This document shows positions 1 to 15,349 of a stretch of 64,000 bases of DNA, one piece after another. The translations under genes and the position numbers were made by a program. Below the pieces are notes generated by a model that was given only the letters and a program-made list of their open reading frames with translations, made no database searches and was not told where the DNA came from. The stretch covers positions 84,692,001-84,756,000 of the forward strand of contig OZ024742.1 in NCBI GenBank assembly GCA_964016885.1, written 5' to 3'. This stretch comes from Eledone cirrhosa (Eukaryota). Numbering within the stretch: the stretch's first letter is position 1; each line of letters begins with the position of its first letter.

Positions 1-25
1 ATTCCGGTTCTCGTTTTGGTCGATT

Positions 26-206
26 GGCAGTATCGATAGAGGGTCGGACGCCATGCTTTCCAGCATAGCTACGTCCCTTTACGATCTGAGTTCAAATCCC
101 GCCGAGATTGACTTTGCCTTTCATCCTTACGGGGTCGATAAAATAAAGTACCAGTAATGCACTGGGTTATTGCTGGCCTTGTGCCTAAAGTAGAAACAAT
201 TATTAT
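26..206 (+). mobile_element. tRNA-derived SINE, family S1
   Basis: A-box-like TGGCAGTATCG.TAGAG, B-box GAGTTCAAATCCC, central GCCTTTCATCCTTACGGGGTCGATAAAATAAAGTACCAG and tail GGCCTTGTGCCTAAAGTAGAAACAATTATT; at least 7 further copies or fragments in the window. Confidence 0.9.
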
Positions 207-1088
207 GATTAGCTATATATTGATTGAAAACCTTTTCTCTTTTATGCGTATTTAGCAACTTTCTTTAGTAGAGAATTATGATTTTTGAAGAGATGAATAC
301 CTGAACCACGTGCTGTATTATAAATGTTGTTAATAGCTACATGTCCTTTGTTTGGACCATAATAAATGGCAATTTGAGACACACAAATGCAGAAAATATT
401 CACTTACCGTTATCTAAGCACACAGCTGTTACATTTGAGTAACCATATAACCGAATACTATGCAGACACTTTTCTCAGCAATACATATTTTAATGGCAGC
501 AGTCCATTTAAGTTACATTTTGCTAATTTTATGCCTCAAATAGGAACATTTCTGTTCTATACATTTCTTTACCTGCTTTTTTGCGGAACAATCCTAAGAA
601 AGTTTAAGGATTGGTTATAAATGGAATATTTTCTAAACTGTTTAAATTATAATCACTACCATACATTCTGATAGGTCATCCTCTGAAATTTTAGAAATAA
701 ATGGATTTTTCCAGCATGTAATTGTAATTAATATAAATTTAGAGAGTCATTTTCATAATATTACTTGCAAAAGACATTAATCATTCATAATCGCTTATTT
801 AGTTTCTATAACATGCTGCATAATTCCTATTTAAAAATACAGCACAGTCACTTTCAAACCGAACAAAAAATCTTCATCTATTTTAATTCAGCAGTCTTTG
901 CCCAAACGTATGGATAATTGTAATTTGTAATAGATGACAAAATGATAATCTAAGCTCGGTTAAATTGATATATGTATTGGTTGTAGCAGTTGAGGCCATG
1001 CATTAATCATTTCCATGTGAATAATATTTATAAAATGAAAAATATAATTGGCAATTGTAGATTGAAATATTATTTTTTTTAAATTCAG

Positions 1089-1161
1089 ATGCAGGTGGCC
1101 TATCCAACGTATGATTTGCTGAGACATATATAGGGCAGAGATCGATGTGTAAATGTGACAG
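1089..1161 (+). other. possible isolated (non-coding?) exon
   Basis: T-rich tract + TTCAG acceptor ending at 1088 and AG|GTAAGT donor at 1162; all three frames contain a stop. Confidence 0.25.
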
Positions 1162-1311
1162 GTAAGTTGTTGAATTCAAAACATCTCGTCATATAGAATG
1201 TGGAAATTTCAATTATACCGTAAGACGTTAAGGTTAGACGCTACAGAAAATATATCATACACACACACGCACACACGCAAAAACATGCACACACTCGCAC
1301 ATACAAACATG

Positions 1312-1379
<68 letters not shown>

Positions 1380-1418
1380 GACAAGAAAGATGAAAGAGTT
1401 TAAATCATTTCATCATAT

Positions 1419-1478
1419 AAGTACTAAGAGTGAGAAACTAAGAGTGAGAAATGAAATTTCGTTTCATTTTTTTTCAAT
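1419..1478 (+). mobile_element. 3' fragment of the ~420-nt hammerhead element family (H1)
   Basis: GTACTAAGAGTGAGAAATGAAATTTCGTTTCATT matches 14377-14414 and 47613-47646. Confidence 0.7.
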
Positions 1479-1643
1479 TTCATCATAATTATATTTCAAT
1501 TAATTATTTCATGTTATATTTAATTCCGGATCCCATAAGGAGTTTATCTCAGATAAATTAAGTCGTTCACTTGAGGGATTATTGAACCAGGCTTTGCATG
1601 AAAATTGCTAGCATAACTCTAATACATTTTACCCTCAGCATTA

Positions 1644-1790
<147 letters not shown>

Positions 1791-2784
1791 GTTTAAGTGG
1801 ATGAAATGAAGTACTCTCTATTGAATTCATCAGTTAATGACAATGATCTGCATGTAAAGCCCCCAAACTTCATTTTGGCTCAAAGTTTCCAGGAATCCTT
1901 ATTGATAGAAATTTGAATTGGAACTTGCAAATCAAGCTATAGAATCCAAAGTATTGACACAAATTAGAATAATCTGTAGGGGACGTAAATGTTTGGACAA
2001 GAAAGTGATGTTATATGTTTGTGTTGTTAATCCATATTTTATATACTGTAAACTTGTTCGGTGATTTACCGAGAAAGCATCATTAAATAAACCGTGGAAT
2101 CAGGATTATATAAAAGGCTTCCAGAGGCTCGAATTCTCAACCTTTAATACTTTATAATAACTAAACATTTATGAAATAAAATTGGAAGCTCACTTGAGAC
2201 TGTTAATGTTTTATCATAATTCCACATAAAATTTGTTCCAAGAAAATTCACAATTAGCCGACGAAATGTTCTTGGACAACATTCAAATGTAATAGTTATG
2301 CCAAAAGAAAATTTATTAAATTCAGCTACCCACTTCGTCGATCAATTTTCTGGAATTAATTTTTGTGAAAAGTTGCAAGTCTTCCAGTCTCAAAATATGT
2401 AATTAATATATTATACAGATGTTGTTGAGTAACCAACAAATCTTTTTATGGTAAAAACTTACCATTTTATGCTAGCATCAAAAAGAATTTCAAAATTTAT
2501 AGATAAAATAAAAAATGACTTTGCATAAAGTGCTCTTTTTATAGGAATCATGAAAAGAATGATAATTTTTTACTATTATACTTCTCGATGAAAACATTAT
2601 CCTGATTAGCACATTCTCAATAATGAACTACTTCATTCCATTCTGAAGAAATGTTTATCATTTTCTTTGTAAATAGTGTATCCTACATTTTTATGCACCT
2701 TTTTACTATCTCTAATTTTATAGACAGCTAGTGAAATAAATGATAATTAAGAATATATAGCCATTAAGAATATATAGCCAAGGT

Positions 2785-3005
2785 ACTAGTAGAACAATAT
2801 ACTAGATATTCAACAACTTGGTAGAAAATCTGAATAAAGCCTACTTAGCCTCATCCAGTGCACAAGAGATGGTGAAGTAGTGTGTCTACCTACAGACAAA
2901 CCCGGTAGGATGTCAATAGACAGCATGTCGAACTACATCAAGGTTATGCGACCCCACATCATCAACACGAGCGAAACAACACCGCAGACACACGAGAACA
3001 GAGAA
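2785..3005 (+). mobile_element. short second copy of the 5' part of the Penelope-like element at 5121-7560
   Basis: close match to ~5193-5405 (TAGTAGAACAATATACTAGA...ACAGACAAACCCGGTAGGATGTCAATAG...). Confidence 0.8.
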
Positions 3006-3063
3006 CACATATATACATAACTACATATGTATATATATACTGTGTATATATATATATTATATT

Positions 3064-3678
3064 ATATTATTTTGGTCGATTTGGAAGCCTCAACAATGCA
3101 GATGGGTAAATCTCTGGGTAACAGAATCAAGTGGTGAATAGAGAGATGTAAGGGAATGTAGAATGAGATGTATCGTGTGTAGAGGAACGTAGGAAAGAGA
3201 GTAAAAATAAAAATAATAACACGAGATAGTGTTACGTTGGGAGAGATTTATTAGTCTTTCTATTTCAGATTCGACTCCATCATCTGGGGGGTTTTCCGGG
3301 AGGTTTTCGGGGGAGGAAAGTTATCTGTCGGAGAGGAACGGTACGTGTCCTCTGCTGCCCGCTGTTTGTGACTAAACGTTATGCACAAACAGCGGACAGC
3401 AAAGGACACGTACCGTACCTCTCCGAGAGATAACCCACCCCCGGAAAACCCCCCCAGTTGATGGATGTGAATCCGAAATATAGGGAAATCTCTCCCAAGG
3501 TAACTCTATCTCGTGTAATTATTTTTATTTTTTACGCTCTTTCATACGTTGCTCTACACACTATACATCTCATTCTACATTCCCTTACATCTCTATCTTC
3601 ACCACCGGATTCTGTGACCCGGAGATTTACCCATCTGCATTGTTGAGGCTTCCAAAATGGCCCCCAAAAATATTATTA
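3064..3678. repeat. long fold-back: ~300-bp inverted arms (3064-3370 / 3384-3678) with a 13-nt spacer
   Basis: arms are reverse complements with scattered mismatches; each contains a degenerate hammerhead-like CAGATGA-TGGA..TCC-GAAA motif. Confidence 0.9.
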
Positions 3679-3792
3679 TTCCACAATGCTTCAAGCAAAC
3701 TTAAATATTCTCTTATTATATTATATATTATAGATTATAGATTATATTATATATATCATATAAATATATACATACATTTATACACATATACA

Positions 3793-3794
<2 letters not shown>

Positions 3795-3885
<91 letters not shown>
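3795..3885. repeat. (TA)n microsatellite (one of many: also 4666-4810, 4903-5123, 7560-7700, 11181-11239, 11511-11630, 13380-13513, 47109-47140, 51178-51255)
   Basis: directly visible. Confidence 0.95.
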
Positions 3886-3888
3886 GTA

Positions 3889-4182
3889 AAATTGAGATAA
3901 GTGGAACAAGTAAAATTCAAACAATCTTTCAAAATAAATTAAAAAAAATATAATTTAAATATTTACCTATCCATATTGCTTTTACCGACGGTTTCACAAA
4001 AGATTGCAAACCCGAGGGACTTTCAATGGAAAGTTCGGCTCGCCAGAAACCATTTTCCCTTACATAGGACATGAAATCCCACAGCCGGCAAATATATTGC
4101 CTTCAGCCAGCTAGTGCAGGATCGAATGGGGCCGTAAACATGACCTACACGTGAACTGGTCGTTAGTAGAAGCGGGAGTAGC
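3889..4182 (-). mobile_element. non-coding (TA)n-flanked element, PLE-terminus-like; related fragment at 4811-4903
   Basis: 3900-3995 resembles 4811-4903; minus strand reads GAAACCGTC(G/C)GT(A/C), like the second half of a hammerhead. Confidence 0.45.
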
Positions 4183-4249
4183 ATATATATATATACACAC
4201 ACACCATATATATATATTTATACACACACACACACACACACACATACAT

Positions 4250-4288
<39 letters not shown>

Positions 4289-4339
4289 TATTTTTTTTAA
4301 GGAGCGATCGACTTTCGTCAAATCGGACCGTGGAGACAA

Positions 4340-4518
4340 TGTTTCCGTTGGTCTTTCCAATTACTAGTACTATCTATCGGTCGCAACTCCAGGTAGAAGG
4401 AGCAAGGTAAAATAAAGTGTCTTGTTCAAGGACATAACGCATTGCCTGGTCCAGGAATCGAACTCACAACCTCACCATTGCGAAGCCAATTCTCTAACCG
4501 CTCAGCCACACGCCTTCC
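4340..4518 (-). mobile_element. tRNA-derived SINE with CORE-like domain (family S2)
   Basis: minus strand: TGGCTGAGCGGTTAGAG (A box), GAGTTCGATTCC (B box), TGTCCTTGAACAAGACACTTTA (CORE-like). Confidence 0.75.
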
Positions 4519-4670
4519 CTTGTGCACTGGGTGAGGCTAAGTATGCTTTCTGCAGGTTTTCTACCAAGTTGTTGAGTCTCTAGTATATTGTTCTACTAAT
4601 ACATAGTCTCCTAGTATAGTGCTCTACTATACGATTTCATATAAAAAACATTGCAAAACAATTTCATATA
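4519..4670 (-). repeat. inverted duplicate of the 5' end (5121-5272) of the Penelope-like element
   Basis: reverse complement of 5121-5272, separated from it by (TA)n. Confidence 0.85.
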
Positions 4671-4698
4671 TATATATATATATGTGTGTATGAGTGTG

Positions 4699-4809
<111 letters not shown>

Positions 4810-4929
4810 AAATGAGCGGAGGAATCAAACGTTAAACAATCTTTTAAATACATTAAAATACGATTTAAATATTCACCTGTTCTAGTGCTGTGACGGACGG
4901 TTTATATATATATATATGTATATATATGT

Positions 4930-5039
<110 letters not shown>

Positions 5040-5120
5040 AATATATGTATATATATATATATATACATATATTTACACACACACACGCATGCACACATAC
5101 ACACACATATATATATATAT

Positions 5121-7560
5121 ATATGAAATTGTTTTGCAATGTTTTTGATATGAAATCGTATAGTAGAGCGCTATACTAGGAGACTATGTATTAGTAGAAC
5201 AATATACTAGAGATTCAACAACTTGATAGAAAACCTGCAGAAAGCCTACTTAGCCTCACCCAGTGCACAAGGGATGGTGAATGTAGTGTGTCTACTTACA
5301 GACAAACCCGGTAGGATGTCAATAGTCAGCGTGCCGAACTACATGAAGGTTATGCAACCCCATATCATCAACACGAGCGAAACAACACCACAGAGAAAAG
5401 AGAAAAGATCCTCAATGCTCACATGATCATGTGGACCGACATCCTAAAACCAAGTAGAAGCACAGCCAATTATTTCCAAGCCTCTATCAATGACATACCA
5501 TCCTTGTATGGACTCCGCAAATACCATAAGACAAATAACGACCCTGTGACAGAACCACCAACAAGACGTGCATACGGAGCTAATATTGCTGGCAACTACA
5601 GGGTTTCCTACTTGGTCTCTATGATTGTACGCCCCACAATTAAGATGTCCTCAGATCTGCATAATAGGCAGTATGGAGGTAGTGTTCCTATACCCATACA
5701 TTGACATTGATTCTGTTGTGGAAAGAATGTGTGGAAATAAGCAGCGAGTGTGGACTAGTGTTCTGTGAGGTTGACATTGAAGAACTGGGCCTCCTACTTA
5801 GACTTACATGTGACAGTGAATATTTGAATAATTTTGACCTTAGCAGTTTCATCCCCTGTAGAGCAATAGGAGTTAGACGCCCCACTATAATGTCAATGGC
5901 TAAAAGACTCCCATAGGAAGATGGAATGTGTGGAGCAAAGCCATACGGACACCCAAGAAAAACGATCAGGTGAGAAAAATAATCGCACATGCGGTAGGGG
6001 CTCGTATTAAAATTACCCTAAAGGGCCACATGCTTAAATATAATGAGAACCTTTACACCCAGGAGGAGGGAGTGGCCATTAGCGTAGGCATAGCTGGCAA
6101 TGTTGCCAACCTATTTATAGTATGGTGGGAGACTCAGAGAACTCCTAGAAGAGAACTCCATAGCCCTCGTAATGTACTCTCGTTATGTAGATGATATCAA
6201 TATAGTAATAAGCCCCGAAAGAGTACCAATAAACCTGAATTAGAAACTTACACAATGGAGAGCATCCAGCAGATAGCTAATTCCATACACCAGAGCATAG
6301 CAGCAGCTATCAACTACCGTTCCAAGCACCCTAACAATAGACTATCAGAATTATACACTGAACTCTGGTTAAACACTATAAACGAGAAAACCCAAATTTT
6401 CCACTCACATTAAGCTAAACCCATGACCCCCAAATGCCTTATACACAAAACCTCAGTAATGTCCAATAGTGCTAAGATTAATATTCTGATTGCAGACTTG
6501 GTAAGAGTGATGAAGACTTTGTCCTGAATGTGCGATCCAACGGAATTGAACAGACACGTACAATACTTCATCAATCACATGCAGTTCTCTGGCTACAACC
6601 AAAGAGACAGAGCCAAAGTGCCCAAAGGAGCCACAGAGAAATATAAGACCCTCATATGGGCATGAAAGGGATTTGCCCATTGTACAGGAGCAAATCATGG
6701 AATAGCATAGATAGGACTAAACATAAGATAGGGGAAAACCACTTCATGGTACAACAGCCAGATATACCTGAGTATCATATTCGTGGATGAAACCTCTGGA
6801 GATGGATTAGGTAACCAATTTAGAAAGGTCCCATGAAAGACCGACATAATGATGAAAATGGTAGAAAAGCCAGGAACTACCATAAAATCTCTGATCGGCA
6901 AGACATACCACTTTAAGGAAACCCTCTGTACTAATAAGAAATGTGTTATATGTAGAATAAACTCACAAATAAATTGTAAAACTAGAAATGTAGTGTATAG
7001 CATAAGATGTACAGAGGGTAGATACAGAAACATGACAACGACATACATAGGAGAGACAGCATTGGGGAGAGCATAGACCAACACTGGGAGAACTAAAAGG
7101 GCAAAAAGACGGTTCGGTACTATATGAACACACCAGACGAAGACATGATTGTAATATAGACAACATAGAAATTAAAATAATATCTAAATATAGAAATGAC
7201 TCAACTGGTAAACAAATCAGAGAAGCCACTGAAATAGAACTAAGAAAACCGAAGGTGAACAGAAAAAAATCAATGGAATAACAACAGCAATAGCGACCTA
7301 AGGTAAATATAAATAAATATACACTGGTACAATAGCAACAATCACATACTGGTGAGCAAAGATAGAATACAAACACACACAGACTCAAACACAAACATAC
7401 TCCAAACAGAAAACACACACACTAACGCATGCGCAAACAGACAAGAATAAATAAATAAATAAATAAATAAAAATAGAATAGACATTACAATACAACGGAG
7501 AAAACATAATAGCACCATAGATGATGTCACAGGTGTGTGATGAAAGAACTTTGATAGGCT
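5121..7560 (+). mobile_element. degenerate Penelope-like element (RT + C-terminal GIY-YIG endonuclease)
   Basis: fragmented ORF with TDKPGRMSI, PSLYGLRKxHK, GVAISVGIAGNVANLF, RYVDDINIV (6181), MQFSGY, CVIC...NCKTRNVVYSIRC...TYIGET (GIY-YIG) and QIREAxEI; flanked by (TA)n; degenerate HHR-like motif at 7515-7553. Confidence 0.85.
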
Positions 7561-7585
7561 ATATATATATATATATATATATTTG

Positions 7586-7695
<110 letters not shown>

Positions 7696-7777
7696 TATAT
7701 AATTCGTGTTGGATGCTTAAAGCATCCGTATGCGGTAGGCCGTATGAGCACTCGATGCCCTCATAGAGCAGAGTATG

Positions 7778-8035
7778 ATATCACAGAAAAAAGAGAATTA
7801 GTGTTGCGACGAAAGGAAATTATTGGACATATTACAATTGTTTCTCGGGCGACCAGCTCGAGGCACGATCGATGTGGTGATTAAAACTGACTCTGAAATC
7901 GTCCGGATCTCGGATACGTCTCGATTCTACGAAGCAGATTTTCCTAATAGACAAATCTGGTCGCCCGAGAATTAATTGTAACATGTCCAATAAATTCCTT
8001 TCGTCGCAACACTGATTCTCTTTTTTCTGTGATAT
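7778..8035. mobile_element. fold-back element with ~79-bp inverted arms (7778-7856 / 7957-8035); PLE pLTR-like with a degenerate hammerhead at 7912-7988
   Basis: arms are visibly reverse-complementary; stem I GGATACGT/ACATGTCC, stem II CAGATTT/AAATCTG, GAAACAATTGTA in the left-arm copy, AATAAA downstream. Confidence 0.7.
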
Positions 8036-8269
8036 ATATATATATATATTAGTGTCTATATTTTTAACCGCTGGTCAATCAAAGATCAGCATTGATTGCC
8101 AGCTAAATTAACTATAGGGATAAAACATATACAGAAGCGAAACTTGATCCAAACCAAACAGTGCGTTTTATTATTATTTCTGGTAATATTATAACAATAT
8201 GACCCTCCCCAAATATATAATAGTGGTAGATAGATAAATATGTTTCTTTGTTAGAAAGATAGATAGATA

Positions 8270-8369
8270 CAGGATGTCCACCAAAAATGTATGCATACTT
8301 TGATGACCTGTGTAAGCAATATCTAGTAGAATGCTGTTGAAGTGTGTATACATTTTTTGGGACACCCTC
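8270..8369. mobile_element. Tc1/mariner-type MITE
   Basis: ~30-bp imperfect TIRs (CAGG.TGTCC..AAAAATGTAT.CA.ACTT) flanked by TA on both sides. Confidence 0.75.
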
Positions 8370-8805
8370 TATATATATATACTCGCATATAGATAAATAT
8401 GTATACATACAAATACACAGACACATATATTACGTGTTGTCCCTAGACTGGGTCATCCTAGCATGAAACAAGTGCCGACCAGAATTTATCTCCTCACCTC
8501 CCCAGTTGACCGGTCATTGCCTTCACTTCCTGTTCATGAATACCAAACAAGCTGACAAAATCTACTCTATGAATGTCTAGCAGACAACCTACTCACATAA
8601 TCACGTGCACACTGATGTAATCTCCCCAAGATGGATAAACACACATATACAGACACATACACACATGAAAATATGTACATTTGCACACGCGAGTAGCCCT
8701 GCCTAAGTTCTCGAACACTTACATACTCCTACAAACACGAAAAGAAAAGAGGCCGATGTTTGTATCATCTCACAAATCATAATTACTGTAATCTTATTTG
8801 AATCA

Positions 8806-8896
8806 ACTGTCTGAAGAGCAGATCAATTATGGATTCGGACCAATCAACTCTATTGTTTACCCTGAACCAATACCCTACGAAACGTGCGTAACAAGT
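8806..8896 (+). ncRNA. type-I hammerhead ribozyme motif with an enlarged stem II
   Basis: ACUGU-CUGAAGA-GCAG...(~53 nt)...CUAC-GAAA-CGUGCG-UA-ACAAGU, followed by AATAAA at 8905. Confidence 0.6.
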
Positions 8897-9841
8897 CGGT
8901 GCACAATAAAAGTAGCTACATGTAAAAGAAAATTCATCGATTTTCTTTATATATACACTCTGCTTGTGCATCGAATCCTCATTTTGGTACCACCGGCAAT
9001 AATTCCCCGAATCACATACAATATATATATATATATATGTATATACATACATATACATTATGTTCTGATAAATATATAATATATCTATATGGAACTTATC
9101 TATTATAAGATCGAACCAGTCTTTCCTTTGTATTTTGTGCTGCTGATAATACCTGCCGGTAGCAATCTCTGTTGTAAGCATCACCACTAAAATATATATA
9201 TTTATGTACAAAGCCTTTATATATGGTGTGTATCTCTATGTATTTCAATATGCTGTAATTTTCTGGTAGCATAAGCTGTAAGCTTATATATTTTAATAGG
9301 AAATTATTAGTTGAAATTGTGAAGAATTTTATTTTATTGGATGGAAATTGGAAATAATTTGTGCGTTGTCTTATGGTCCTATGTAGGATTTGTAAGAAAG
9401 CCTATTATAGCTCGTTTCGGTGTGGAATTATTATTCTGAAGACTTTGATGAAAGACGTAGAAAATGTGTTACACTTTCAATTATAATACACCTTGAGGGA
9501 GTGATATTTTAAAAGATAATGGAACAAATCTAAATCTGTATGCCAGGGTGTTCTTCATAGTTTTTAGTTAGTCTTCTTTCCTCTTTCCCATCTTGTTTCT
9601 CTTTTTCACTTTTTCTGTTCTTGTCTGTATTTATATCTCAGTATTGAGATATTAAGTGTATCCTTATGTATATTTCTGCATCACTATGATATGCTTGTAT
9701 ACATATTTGTATGTATGTTGCATCATACCTATACATGTGTATGTGTGTATATATGAGTGTGTACTTGCTTTTTTCTTTCTCTCTCTCGCTCAAACACACA
9801 CACACACAAATATATATATTCATATATATATATAGATAGAT

Positions 9842-9937
<96 letters not shown>

Positions 9938-11178
9938 GGGAGAAAGGGAGAGAGTGTATTTATATATATTCATAGGTGTGTGTGTACGCGTGGTTTTACC
10001 GGGTGGTATATGCGTGTGTATATCTGCATGTATCATGCTACGTATAAATATATATTCATACAGTATATCAGTGAAGCTAATTATTCCTTTCGTGATTGTC
10101 TGTGAGAATATAAATCCCTAACAATCTATCTTCCAGGTATTTTCGTTCTTGTAGCTTTTTCGATATTTATTAAGTATCGAAAAAGTTACAAGAACAAAGT
10201 TTAATGTTCAATATTTTATATGATATGGGGAGTTTACTAGTCATCCACAAAACTACATGTAAACTCGTCTCAGAACGTTTACATATAAAATAAAATGCAC
10301 TGAATATTTTAAACAGATGATTCAAAATAGGAATGAAAATTAAAATAGCAGGTATCCTGCAACGTTAGTTGTTTAGTCCCAAATAAGCCATTACATATAT
10401 AAAAAGTACCCTAAGACAGAATTTCATTTATCCTTTTTTGGACAATACATTTAGAAGTCCATTATGTTTAATGATTATATAAGTCAGTAAATAATGATTT
10501 ACTGTATATGTGACTGCTATATTTATCAGATGAGTCAATGGAATCCTCTCCTATTAGATCACCAGATATCCAGTAAAATATATGTGCATGTGTTATGTGT
10601 ATATAAAAACATTTCTATAAACTACTCCAATATCGTAGTCGTTATAACGTTATCTATTGCCAAGTAAGCATTACACGGGATACAAACATAGAGATGTTGG
10701 CAGATACGCAAGTAAAGTAATATTGCGTTGTTTATATGTAAGACAGAGGCTGTGGAGTATTCACATATATTGTATCATTTGATTGCTCTTTAACAAATAT
10801 TATGGGGGTATTTAGTTGCCCTCAATATAGACATATGATCTCCTAACTCTTCAGCGACAGGCAATTATATTGGGTATCATCAAATTTGGGATTGGTAGTA
10901 TTATATATTTGTAGGAATCGACTAATAAAGTAACTGGCTGTATTGGCTTTTCCTATTTTACAACTGTGTATTAGATCTCAACTCAAAATGCCGCAAGCTC
11001 CTGTGTACGGTCGATGTCAGAAACAAGATCGTAATATATTCAATGGTTGGTTACAGTTTTCTCGGTTTTCTAATAATAGATGATCGAGTTATAGTTGCAG
11101 AATAAATAATACGTAACAGAATAATTCCAAAATTGAAATGCCACAACATACAAGAATGTTGTTAGATAATACAGAGTG

Positions 11179-11242
<64 letters not shown>

Positions 11243-11509
11243 AATCAAGAAAGAAGAGTGACATGGTTTGCTATACAATAAGGGCTTTATTCACATTGCT
11301 GACAATTGTTTCTCTGAACTGGTAGGTCTAGAGATCGCTTTATTATTATTTCAAGTGTAAACTACATAGAAATCACCGCGTACTCGCAGCATCACCATGG
11401 AAACGTCTTGTCGATCAAACTTAGCAAAGCGTTAGTACTATCCACTACTCGGAGTACCCTAACTGTACTACATCTAAGTGGACTACATATAACAATAATT
11501 TGTTATCCC

Positions 11510-13513
<2,004 letters not shown>

Positions 13514-13868
13514 ATAAATTGAAGTGAAAGCGACTGGTGCGTGTTTCTTATTGGCAACATGACCCTGCCAAAGTATAACAATATCGGTTTCAACACACGT
13601 TTTCAGATAAAGAATCTTGCTAAACAAATTCAGAAACGAAATATATATATATATAATTAAATATAAGTATGTACACGTACATTCATATATGTATACAGAC
13701 GTACAGTAGTATGTATATATATATACATACATGCACACATATATATATGTACGTATGGATTCAACGAACATTTATTATAATGCTCGGTGTGTTTGTAAAC
13801 AAACATCCCGTATTAAGCCGTAGTGTCCTGCAACCATCGTTGCTCGTTTGTTCAACACTGACAAAGGA

Positions 13869-13911
13869 ACGCTGTACTAGTTTCAAGCTTATTAGCTATC
13901 GTCAGCAACGT
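13869..13911 (-). ncRNA. minimal type-I hammerhead ribozyme (intact core)
   Basis: ACGUUG-CUGACGA-U-AGCU(AAUA)AGCU-U-GAAA-CUAG-UA-CAGCGU; stem I fully paired, including one U.G. Confidence 0.85.
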
Positions 13912-14113
13912 ATACCTTCCTGCCAGATTTTTGAACGTATATACTTGCCTTATGCATGTTAACGGCTGAGTAGCCCAATTTGCATCATTTTTTTTCCGTT
14001 TATCGTTTTCGGTGCACCCGGCCGATTAATCCACTCGATATGCAAATTGGGCTAGTAAGCCGTTAACATGCATAAGGTAAGTATATACGTTCAACAATCT
14101 GGCAGGAAGGTAT

Positions 14114-14156
14114 ACGCTGCCTACGATAGCTAATAAGCTTGAAACTAGTACATCGT
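14114..14156 (+). ncRNA. hammerhead copy with mutated core (CCUACGA), probably inactive
   Basis: same scaffold as 13869-13911, but CUGACGA is changed to CCUACGA. Confidence 0.7.
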
Positions 14157-15349
14157 TTCTTTGTCAATGTTGAACAAACGAGCAACGATGTTGCTAGAAA
14201 CTACCGCTTAGTACGGGATGTTCGTTTACAAACACACCGAGCATTATAATAAATGTCCGGTGAATCCAAACGTACATATATATATGTGTGCATGTATGTA
14301 TATATATATACATACTACTGTACGTCTGTATACATATATGTATGTACGTGTACATACTTATATTTAAGTAACAGCCGTACTAAGTGTGGGAAATGAAATT
14401 TCGTTTCATTTTTTCCGTTTATATATAATTAAATATATATATATATATATCTGTGTGTTTGTGTGTGTGTAATGTTTGTGTGCGTGTGTGTGTATGTGTG
14501 TGTGTGTATGTGTGCGTATGTGTGCGTATGTGTGTGTGCATGCGGGCTTGTAGGAATAACCTTTCTCCATTGGATTATTCTGCATTAAAATCAAAACAAT
14601 CCCTAGCGATATGTGTGTTAATTTGAATGATGTAGATCATATAATTGGAATTATTTATATTCCACTCATATTTTGCCGTATTTGAGATACATCTATAAAT
14701 GTACACGTTTTCCTTCATTCTATCATACAAACGTACACTAACATATAAATACACATATAATCCGACACGCACAACTACGCTAATCACAAACACAATATTT
14801 TGCACAAATGTATTTTGTTTACCTGCTTTTCAGTCAGTAAGTGTACGGTATATTGATGTCTATATTACATTGTCTACAAACAATGGTCAGTCTGACTTTT
14901 TCCTCAACATGTAAATTAACTTTCGAAATTTATTATTAAATTTGTGCAATGATGTCGCCTTTTCATTGAGTGTTGCTAACAATTTCAGATAATACATTTC
15001 TCCATATTAGATGAAAATTTCAATTAATTAAGACGGTTTTGCACGGAGCTTTCATTACCATTCGCTTTAACTTTATTATCCAAATTAATTCCAATTACTC
15101 TTTTGAAAAATTTTCTTTAGCTGATGTTTTAATTTTATGTGAAATTTTTCAGGCTCAATATAGTAGTAACTATTACATCGAATACAAAAGTCTGTGCACT
15201 CAACCATAAGCTTGGTTAACTTGTACTATGCTGATGAGGTCTAATGAAACAGAACGTAAGTAATTTTACATTGTCTGCAAATAAAATTAGGATTGTATTA
15301 TACCTAACTATGTCAATACACGTGATAATTCAAGTTATTGTTATTATTT

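Larger units (their letters stand above)
13657..14422. mobile_element. family H1: head-to-head inverted dimer of a ~420-nt non-coding hammerhead element
   Basis: arms 13657-13985 / 14041-14367 are reverse complements; the plus-strand unit 13985-14422 has terminal redundancy TCAT(n)CCGTTTAT. Confidence 0.85.

Noticed and set aside
26-110. tRNA gene
   Set aside because: A and B boxes are present but there is no full cloverleaf; it is the head of a multi-copy SINE.
7778-8035. DNA-transposon MITE interpretation of the inverted arms
   Set aside because: The arm contains a GAAACAATTGTA + AATAAA hammerhead/pLTR layout like its neighbours. A PLE-type inversion is preferred, though a MITE is not fully excluded.
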